Shown here: positions 13,128-23,000 of the stretch, in pieces
Numbering within the stretch: position 1 is the first letter of the stretch
How the letters are laid out: each line of letters starts with the position of its first letter
Translations under genes and position numbers: made by a program
The notes under the pieces: generated by a model
Databases searched by the model: none
Told to the model about the DNA's origin: nothing
Seen by the model: only the letters and a program-made list of their open reading frames with translations
Source: Azolla caroliniana
Taxonomy: Eukaryota; Plantae; Polypodiophyta
Assembly (NCBI GenBank): GCA_043228905.1
Contig: JBHGNT010000001.1
Location: forward strand, 1,426,001 to 1,490,000
Direction of reading: 5' to 3'
DNA length: 64,000 bases

Positions 13128-16100
13128 ATGTCAAGGATCTCACGACTGCAGACTCTCCTTCCCCAGAGGGGCCAGGTGGAGGCCCTCTCAACCATGGGCA
13201 TGGGCATGCCCATTTCCTTGGACATGGACTTGGACATGGAGACCACATTTCCTCCCCACGTCTACCTCCGCCTCCTACAGCAATGTCGGAACAACAAGGC
13301 CCTCCTCCCTCAAGCTAAACAAATCTATGCCCATCTTCTCCACCATCATCGCCATATCCCCCTCCCAGGTCCTGTGGCCGATTCATTGGTCATGACCCTT
13401 GCATCCTGCGGTGCCCTCCAAGACGCTCTCCACTTATCCCGTGCATTGCCTCACCGAACAGTCTTCTCCTGGACAGCACTCATCTCTGCCCATGTCAATA
13501 TGGGGCGCCCAAAAGAAGCCCTATTACTATATCACTCAATGCTCGATGATGGAGTGGAGCCTGATCGATACACTTTTGTTAGCCTCTTTAAAGCTTGTGG
13601 CTGCATTCTGGACATTGAGTTGGCCCGGCAATTGCATGAATATGCTGATCGAATGGGTGTTGCATCTGATATGTTTGTCGGAAACACCCTCATAAGCATG
13701 TATGGAAAGTGTGGGGACATTGTTGAAGCAGAGCATGTATTCTGTACAATGTGCCACAGGACTGTTGTGTCATGGAACTCAATGCTTTCAGCATTGTTGG
13801 AACACAGCCATGGCGAGAGAGCTTTACAGTTGTATGTGAAAATGCAGCAAGAGGAATGCATTGCACCAGACCATGCAACCTCTGTCATTTGTCTTCAAGC
13901 ATGTGCCATGCTCGTGGAGGATGGACGATCCACAATGGTGGCTTTGGAAATAGGGCAGGGATTACATGCCCATATTCGCCACAGCAGTTTGGGCTCTCAC
14001 ATCTTTGTTGCCAGCACGCTCGTCAGTATGTATGGGAAATGCAAAGCCATTTCAGAAGCACAGCATGCATTCATGATGCTTTCTCAACATGATGTGGTGT
14101 CGTGGAATGTGATGCTCTCTGCTTATGTAGAACAGGGCCAAGGAAAGCAGGCATTGCAGCTGTATGTACAGATGCAAAGAGATGGGATAGCACCGGATGC
14201 AATGTCATTTACAGTTGCCCTTCAGGCATGTGTAGCCCTCTCCGGTAAGGAAGAATATGTCCATCTAAACAAAGGATCTATAGTGCTAGAGCTGGGGTTA
14301 GCATTACATGCTGATGCCCAAGTTGTTGGAGCTACATCAGATGCCTTTGTCGGAAACACTTTATTAAGCATGTATGGGAAGTGTGGAGCTATAGTGGAGG
14401 CAGAACATGTGTTTCATAGAATATCCCACCATGATACCGTTTCTTGGAATGCAATGCTCTCTGCATATGTCGAACAGGGTCAGGCGGAGAAGGCTTTGCG
14501 CTCCTACTTACAGATGGTAGGAGAAGCTGTGAACCCAGACCAGCTTACATATGTGGTTAGTGCTCAGGCATGTTCGATCTTGGCAGATACCGAAGAAGCT
14601 GTTCTAGAGGAAGGGCAATCTTTAAAGGAGGTGCCATTAGAAATAGGCCGAATGCTGCACTCTGAAGCGAGAAGGAAAGGATTCTTATTAAATGAATTTG
14701 TAGGTAGTACCCTTGTGAGTATGTATGGTAAGTGTGGTGCCCTTAGTGAGGCTGAGCATATGTTCAATGCAATGACTCATCATGATGTAGTGTCATGGAA
14801 TGCCATGCTATCTTCTTATGTCGAACAAGGCAAAGGTCAATCAGCCCTACATTTATACAGATGCATGCAAAGTGAAGGTGTGAGTCCAGACCAACTGACA
14901 TTTATGAGCAGTATACAAGCCTGCACCATCCTTGCAGATGTGGACCTTTTCATGAAAAAGCAGTCTTCATCGAAAATATTGCTTGAGATCGGAAAGGCAT
15001 TACATGCCGATGCTTGCAAGAAAGGATTCCTGACACATGCTTTTGTTGCAAACACACTTGTCAGTATGTATGGTAAATGTGGTGCTCTTCTTGATGCAGA
15101 TAATGTATTCAGTGAAATCTACCCACGAAGTACTGTAACATGGAATGCAATTCTCTCGGCATATGTTGATCAGGGCCAAGGAGCAAGAGCCTTGCAGTTG
15201 TACCGAAATATGCAAAGTGAAGGTCTGGCCTTGGACCAGCTGACATTTGTAATCGCATTACAAGCATGCTCATGCCTTGCAGAGAAAGAAGTAGCTATTC
15301 GTTTGGAGGAAGGATTGTATAAGGTGACAACTCTAGCGATTGGCCGTGCATTGTGTAGCGATGCCCATAGGGAAGGTTTCACTTCTGACGTTACAGTTGG
15401 CAATGCTCTAGTCAGCATGTTTGGTAAATGTGGTGCCATTCTTGAAGCCAAGAATGTGTTCAATTCACTAACTTCACGAACCATTGTCTCATGGAATGTG
15501 ATGCTGTCCGCATATATTGAGCAGGGTCAAGGAGAACAAACCTTGCAGTTGTACAAGGAGATGCTCAAACAATGTGTTATCTTCGATCACATAACACCTA
15601 TCTGCATTCTTCAAGCTTGCAGTAAGACTGGAAGTTTGGAAACATGTCAGCATATTCACTTTGTCATCATCGCTGCTGGATATGAATACAGCTCCTCATT
15701 GGCAGCCCCATTAATCCATGCATATGGGAGCTGTGCAGCCATGAAGAATGGCATTGCATTCTTTTCAAGCATTCAGGAACCTGACATTATGTCATGGAAT
15801 GCATGCATATGTGGGTGTGCAACAGGAGGGGCCAGCATTGATATGTTTGACCAGTTGAACCACTCTGGAATCAAACCTGATGAAGTCACATTCATATCAA
15901 TGATTTCTGCCTGCAGTCATGCTGGCCTCAATAACAAAGGTTTGGAGTGTTTCGTAGCAATGGGAAGTGAATATGGGCTTATTCCAGATTTGAAGCATTA
16001 TGGTAGTGTTACCGATCTTCTTGGTCGCGCAGGAGATTTCAAGAGCATAAAGAACATGTTGGAGGCAATGCCCTTTGAAGCTGATGTGGCACTTTGGTTG

Positions 16101-16280
16101 TGTGTGCTGGGTGCATGCTGCACGCACGGCAACATGGAGCTAGCCAAAGAGGCATTTCATCATGCCATACATTTGCAGCCCAAGCAGGGAACTTCATATG
16201 TTCTTATGTCAAACATCTATGCAAATGGGAACTTACTTAGATGTATGGGTGAGAAGATTCCTATGCTGTGGGGGACATGA
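13128..16280 (+). CDS. Intronless PLS-class pentatricopeptide repeat protein, E-type (no DYW), probable organellar RNA-editing specificity factor
   Basis: About eight P-L-S triplets (VSWN.MLSAY / TF...LQAC / FVGNTLVSMYGKCG), then P2-L2-S2 (HYGSVTDLLGRAG), E1 (LWLCVLGACCTHGN) and partial E2 (SYVLMSNIYA). First in-frame ATG is 13128 (13119 is TTG). The N-terminus MSRISRLQTLLPQR looks like a targeting peptide. Confidence 0.95.
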   Translation: MSRISRLQTLLPQRGQVEALSTMGMGMPISLDMDLDMETTFPPHVYLRLLQQCRNNKALLPQAKQIYAHLLHHHRHIPLPGPVADSLVMTLASCGALQDALHLSRALPHRTVFSWTALISAHVNMGRPKEALLLYHSMLDDGVEPDRYTFVSLFKACGCILDIELARQLHEYADRMGVASDMFVGNTLISMYGKCGDIVEAEHVFCTMCHRTVVSWNSMLSALLEHSHGERALQLYVKMQQEECIAPDHATSVICLQACAMLVEDGRSTMVALEIGQGLHAHIRHSSLGSHIFVASTLVSMYGKCKAISEAQHAFMMLSQHDVVSWNVMLSAYVEQGQGKQALQLYVQMQRDGIAPDAMSFTVALQACVALSGKEEYVHLNKGSIVLELGLALHADAQVVGATSDAFVGNTLLSMYGKCGAIVEAEHVFHRISHHDTVSWNAMLSAYVEQGQAEKALRSYLQMVGEAVNPDQLTYVVSAQACSILADTEEAVLEEGQSLKEVPLEIGRMLHSEARRKGFLLNEFVGSTLVSMYGKCGALSEAEHMFNAMTHHDVVSWNAMLSSYVEQGKGQSALHLYRCMQSEGVSPDQLTFMSSIQACTILADVDLFMKKQSSSKILLEIGKALHADACKKGFLTHAFVANTLVSMYGKCGALLDADNVFSEIYPRSTVTWNAILSAYVDQGQGARALQLYRNMQSEGLALDQLTFVIALQACSCLAEKEVAIRLEEGLYKVTTLAIGRALCSDAHREGFTSDVTVGNALVSMFGKCGAILEAKNVFNSLTSRTIVSWNVMLSAYIEQGQGEQTLQLYKEMLKQCVIFDHITPICILQACSKTGSLETCQHIHFVIIAAGYEYSSSLAAPLIHAYGSCAAMKNGIAFFSSIQEPDIMSWNACICGCATGGASIDMFDQLNHSGIKPDEVTFISMISACSHAGLNNKGLECFVAMGSEYGLIPDLKHYGSVTDLLGRAGDFKSIKNMLEAMPFEADVALWLCVLGACCTHGNMELAKEAFHHAIHLQPKQGTSYVLMSNIYANGNLLRCMGEKIPMLWGT

Positions 16281-18689
16281 GTCTTCTATGAGCAACTCAT
16301 GACTGAAGCTAATTATGAAGAGGAGCATTATTTAGATTGTCTTGGTTTTGAACAAATGTTATCTTACTTCCATATGAGATCTTGGCAAAGGTACCTGGCA
16401 ACAATGTGTAATTCTTCACAGAATTGAAGAACTTTTTGCATGCTGCCCTGATGTTGCTGTCTCTACAGAAGAGGCAAGGATTTATGTTTATATCGCACAA
16501 ACAAGAGCACATCTCTTCTCAAAGATCGGTTTGTAGATATTAGGCATTTGAGAATGATGGTCCCCGGCCTAGTGCCACTATGAATGATTGTGTGACATGC
16601 TAGATATAGATGTGTCCCCAACCTACTGTCAAGCCGAAAGATGGTGTGTCTTCACCTTAGTGAATATCGATGACATCCACTAGAGACTGAAGGTCCAATC
16701 CATTTTGTTTCCTTTGCTGTCTCAAATATGGTGGCTAAGCATGATCCAAGGCATATTGGAAGATTTAACTTGCTGTTGGCAATTTTGATTTCCAATACAA
16801 GAAACTAGAGATTGCGCCCTATGTTCACCTACCAGCACAAGAGCTTATTGGTATTCTGATTTCCCTTGAGTAAAGAAACTAGGGATTACACAACAGTTAG
16901 CAAATGATCAGCAAGAACAAGCCAATTGTATGTATATTGCTCGTCTGACAGCACATAAGCTTATTGGTATATGTTAGCTCTTCACCTCCATCATCTCATC
17001 CCTCTGTAGCAAATTGCAATTGTGCTTTGGTGCACTACTAAATAATATAATGTTCAGAACTCCCACTGTCGTTCAGTCCATTCTACAAGTTCTATATACT
17101 GAAGAAGGTTGGATATTATGTTTAAAAAACTTTGCTCTGTGCTTACTAGTGTTGAGATTTATTTAAAGTTCTTAGTTATTTCATGAAACAACTTTTGAAC
17201 CAACAGCTTCTCAGGTAAATGAGTGATTAACTTGCACATCCTTTGATGGTGGTCAGTTGACAGTCAGTTGAAGTAGTATATTATAAACCAAACGTGCTTC
17301 ACTTGATTATTCCACAATGTACCGACATAAGGGCGAAATAACATAGCTTGGTCCTGGGGAGCTTTAGGGTTGGATGTATTGAGTTTATTAAATGTCTTGC
17401 CTTGAAAATCAGAACTCAATGACTGTTCCAGAAAAATACTGTATGTAAAAGTACTAGAGTAGTGCTGAGGAGGCGTAAGTATGTACATGATGGAAATTAA
17501 GTTAAGTTGTGTATGTGTGATATAGAGAGTAAGAAGGAGAGAGAATACACAAGACTAACAAATACGAATTATATTCACAAAATGTGGGATGATTTTATAC
17601 GATGATGAGCAACTATCAACTATAGTATTCAAGCATAATTCAATTATAATCAACACTAAATGCAAGAGAGGGAATTGGTTTATACATGGGATATTCTGCG
17701 AGTACTTCACATAGATGTTTAATCCAATTCATCATGACAGGACAATATTGAAATATGCAATTCCATAAATCAATAGACATCACTGATAATCATGATCAAA
17801 ACATAAACATAATATATCCCACACCACTAATCATAATTACCTCAACACCAATCTCATCTGTCCTCATACATTTATCATTACTCATGTACGTGTTTCCTTA
17901 ACATCCAGTTGTTTATGTGTCTTATACATTGTAATATAACAAAATTTCTGAGTTATAACAAATGATGCCAATCACTCTTTATAGATTGTCATTCACAAGA
18001 TTAAGAGTCGTTCTTGAACACATACATGTCCTTGATGAATGGTTCATTCTATGAATAACACACATTCAATTGTTAAATATGAATTCAGAAAAACAAGACT
18101 TATGGGCGTTTAAGAAAATAAAAAGAATATTGATAGCATCTTCAATCAATTTTCCTTCTAAGGCTTGTTTTCATTCATACCCGTGTATAATATATAATAA
18201 ACTCCAATGTATGGATCATCATAGGATGTAAACAAGTTAGATACCAATAACAGAGCATATTTGATACGATCAACAAATGCGACAATGTTTCCCCTTTCAT
18301 AAACAGGCAAAATATGCTTTGTGCGATATCGTGATATAATATTTGATTTCACAAAGTTTTTCTTATCACATTTCCATTCCACTCTCCTAAACCGTAAACT
18401 TCAAAAGAAAAGAAACTGATTCATCACCAGCCTCCTATACACTGCCATAAACGCTACCACACAACTTTGCACAACTTCACAAACAAAATTGACAACTGTG
18501 GGCATAACATTTCTTTTTGAAATGACAACGTCCTCCACCTTACCATCATAGTATAATCAAAAAGTTTTGAAAAGGAAGATGTTCTATAAAGTGTTGTATT
18601 ATAGCTTGAACCTCAACAAAAAAAGGACAAACAAAAAAAGCATATAAATTTCATATATGCTTTTCGAAGGATTACAAGGATGATGGTGA

Positions 18690-20037
18690 TTATTGCACAC
18701 CCGACCACCTCGCCCAATCCACAAATTGCATCCCTCCATACGTGTTATTAGCAAACCGTATACCAATTGTAAAAGCCATTGCAAATATCGGGAGGCGCTT
18801 GCCTATCATTGACCCTTCCACAACAGATTCCAACCCATTCACAATCTGATAACGAGTGTTCGAAGAAACCGCAAGAAACACTCCTATCAAAAAGGTCAAA
18901 AAAAAAATCACCAATTACATCTCTTATGACAACATGTTGATGCAATACACATCTCTTACACATATATGGATCAATTCATGTAATCATAAGAAACTTTCAT
19001 GAACATCCTTGCTAGCGTTTATTGTAAGCATCTCATTCATAGAAATAATATCAAGAAGCATTCACTCATAGCAATACTCATAAGCATGATTCAAGGAAAT
19101 ATAGTTCATGAAAGACACACCCCATAATGCTGCACTTTTGACTAGAGGAGGTACAGGAACATCCTCGTCTGATTTCTTCATCTTCCTGGAGCACATGACA
19201 ACATAAGGATTGTTTTTAACTTCTAGAGGAAAATAGTTGTAACACAACTAGCGGAAAATAAAGAGACCATAATACATAATAGTTGTGTGTGCATGCATTT
19301 GTGTGTACATAGATTTATATATATATATATATACATATATACCGTTTGAGTGACATGATTGAATTTGCAATCCCTTGGCCTATTATTCCACAGCTAAATC
19401 CAACAGCTCCATATTGAATACCCTATAAGTAAAGTATCCAACAAAGCATGAAAGAAATAACTAAAGAAATCCAGAAAATAAACATTATGAACATTGTAAA
19501 CTCCATCCATAATAAACAGTGCCCCCAACCCAACACGCACACACACCTTGTAAAAATAGGAGGCAATTCTTTGTTGCACTGAGAATTTTCGGCCAGGTGT
19601 TGCTGCCTCAAAGACACTGTTACAGAAAGGTAAGAAGAAGACAAGAAAATTATACGACTGTTTAGTAACAAATAAAAAATCTAGACTTCCGCTTCTATTG
19701 GATACAATGAGAGGGACATTTTATCATTGGTTCACATATTAGTATGAAATGTTAACAAACAATGAGAAGTCCACACTATTCGCCTCCAAACTGACAAGAG
19801 TTGTCACAATTTTATCATTTTTTAGAGAATGCATGGGCTCAAATCCCACCCTAAAACCAAACAATATTTATCGTTTAGCATGAACTTGGACAACTTCTGC
19901 CAATTAAACAGGGGATCCAACCTTCAACTATGTTGAACGTTGGATTGATTTTGTCACTTGCAACATACCTTCTTATTGCATTATGTATAGCATAATATAT
20001 CATGGCTAGTTGTAAGAATGGTATTGTTTATTACATC

Positions 20038-20082
<45 letters not shown>

Positions 20083-23000
20083 GTATGTATGATGTATGTA
20101 TTACAAATGTAGAGCATAATATATGCCATGGAAAACAAGAATGATGTCAAATATATACAAATATATAGATGCCCATATATGTCTGCATATTGTGGTGGTC
20201 ACATGGACCACACCTAGATTAGGCCCCTACCAAGCCCCATGCACCACACATAGACCACACCCAAATTAGGCCCCTACCAAGCCTCATGCACCACACCCAA
20301 ACTAGGCCCCCACCAAGCCCCATAATTAGTAGAGCTAATTGGAGCGGGAGAACACCCTCCACGCTAAGAGAGAGTCTATAAAATGTAACTTGAGACATAA
20401 TGAAAGGGGGGCTATTCTTGAGAGCATTTCACATCTTGGTGGAGAAGACGGGCAAAGCCACCCCAACTCACGACCCCAACAACGCCCGCCACGATGCAAC
20501 ACGACAACAACGACGGCAACGCAAACTCGATGAATCCGGAATTCCTACAACACAATCAAGGACACCAGCCCACATCGCCAATCGACCAACTGGTTCAAGC
20601 TCTGTCCAACATCATTTTACAAGTTAACCATACTAACCAAGCCATGTTGTCCTTTCTTTCAGCACGATCCGAGCCACAACAAAATCTCCCGGACTCTCGA
20701 GTTTGCCCAAAACCGTTCTCCGGCCTACCATCGGAAGATGTCCTCTCTTGGCTGGATCATTTCGAAATGGTGGCCAGTTACCACCAATGGCCACACCCTC
20801 GGAAGGCAATGGAGATGAAGACACTCCTCGAGAATATCGCGGCAACATGGCTTGTACAACAACCCGAAGAGACACGCAACGACTGAGATCTGTTACGGGC
20901 AGCCATGATTCGGAATTTTGCTCATCAAGACTCCCGCCAGACGGCCCTACAACAACTTGAGTCAATTACCCAACAACCACGCGAACCCATCACCCAGTTC
21001 GCGGTTCGTTTTGTGCAGATCCTACGCCGGGCTGACGCCAACATGTCGGAGGACATGAAGTTGTTTTTTTTCTGGCCGCGTATACGACATGACCTCTGCC
21101 GCCGTGTACGCGATCAAGGCCCGACGACACTACACGAAGCCATCCTCACTGCCCAACGCATAGAAGCTGCAGACGCGCACGACATGCACACACCAGGTAA
21201 TCTCAGTCATGATCATACAAACACTATACCAGCCGTCACTCCCATGGACATCGACATCCAGAACGCGCAATTACGTGCCAAGCGTGCATTGCCCGAACGA
21301 GACAGCCAGGGACGCCCCAAATGTTTCTACTGCAACAACTATGGCCACATTCGGCGTCACTGCCGAAAGTGGCAGAATCACCAACAGAAGCAGAACGTCC
21401 AATTAGTTGACGCTGCCTCCCTCTCTGAGCTCCCGGAAAACTAATGCGCGGGGTGCCGCAGGGAGAGCCGCCCCCGCACGTCCACGTCTCCACGTCCTCA
21501 ACTTCTCCCGTTTCTCCCACGATCGAGCCGCCCCCGCACGTCCACGCCTCCACTTCATCAACTTCGCCCGTTTGTACCACAATCGCCCGCCTCCAGCACA
21601 CGACCCAAGAAGTTCTCCTCGACTCCGGCAGCAGCATCTCTTCCATCAGCGCAGATTTAGTCACCCAATTACAACTTCCCACGAGCCACGCACTGCCCAT
21701 TAAAATCCTCTTCGGCGACCAACAACGGGTGTACCACTCACATACGCAAGTCAGGTGCATGCTCACCATTAGTTCCGCCCAGATCCACCATCATTTCTAC
21801 GTCCTCCCGCGCCAGTTGTTCCCAATCACCTTGGGATGTGATTGGTTCCTCCATAGTCGAGCCTGTCTCGATTTCTCCGCACAACAGCTCATCCTCCCAA
21901 ATCACATTCCGATCGCGCTCTTCACTACTCCGCGGGATACCACCCACATCAGCAACACACAGTACCTGATATCACCGGCGGAGCGCATCAACGACATCAG
22001 ACGGCTCCTCGCCACCTTTCCCTCGTTGTCTACACCACCTGTAAAACCTCCCTCGGTCCGTTTTCCGATTCACCACACGATTCCTACAGGCAAAGCCCGC
22101 CCCATCAACGCAGCTCCCCGACGTCGCTCGCCTCTCGACCACGAGCGCATCGACAACGCCGTCAAAACTATGCTCCAACAAGGGATTATCACACCTTCCA
22201 AGAGCGAGTGGATCTCGGAGCCACACATGGTAAAGAAAGGGGATGGTTCTTACCGCTTTTGTGTCGACTTCCGACAACTGAACCATGTCACCACCCATGA
22301 CCGATACCCTCTCCCTCGTATCGATGACCTCCTCGACCAGCTTGGCAAATCAAAGTACTTCACCTCCCTCGATCTAGCCTCGGGATATTGGCAGATCCCG
22401 ATGAATCCTCACGATGCCCACAAAACTGCATTCCGCACTAGGAAAGGCATTTTTCAGTTCACACGGATGCCCTTTGGCCTATCTGATGCGGGGAGCACAT
22501 TCCAGCGAATGGCTAATGCCATCTTCGATGATCTCATCACCCGCCGTGTCGTCATCGTCTATCTAGACAATATTCTGGTACATACAAGCACTTGGGCAGA
22601 ACACCTTCAAGTCCTTCGGGAGGTCCTAACTTGTGTTCAACGCTATCGATTGCAGCTGCAATGGAAGAAGTGCCGATGGGGTAGTACGTGCCTCCGCTTC
22701 CTTGGGTACGTCATCTCCTCCGACGGAATACAAATGGACCCGGAGAAGACAGAAGCAGTCCAAAAATTCCCACGCCCCACCACAGTCAAGCAGCTTCAAC
22801 GCTTCCTCGGCCTCCTCACGTTCTCTCTTCGTTTCATCCCACGGCTAGCCGACCTGTCAGCCCCACTACGCGCGCTCCTACAAAAAGACGCACCCTTCCT
22901 GTAAACCGAAGCCTGCGAATCCAGCTTCCTGCAGCTCAAGAGAACACTCCAAGCCTCTGACCTCCTGGCCCACCTTGATTTCACGAAGCCTTTCCATCTG

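Noticed and set aside
13399-16127. Numerous alternative-frame and antisense ORFs over the PPR gene
   Set aside because: Shadow ORFs of a long repetitive CDS with no independent motifs.
20191-20325. Repeat-spacer-like array in the LTR (CRISPR-like look)
   Set aside because: Ordinary LTR U3 subrepeats without unique spacers, in a eukaryotic context with no cas genes.
20884-22904. Stops in gag/pol rescued by fern U-to-C editing or programmed read-through
   Set aside because: U-to-C editing is organellar and would give Arg/Gln rather than the expected Trp. The RT active site is also mutated.
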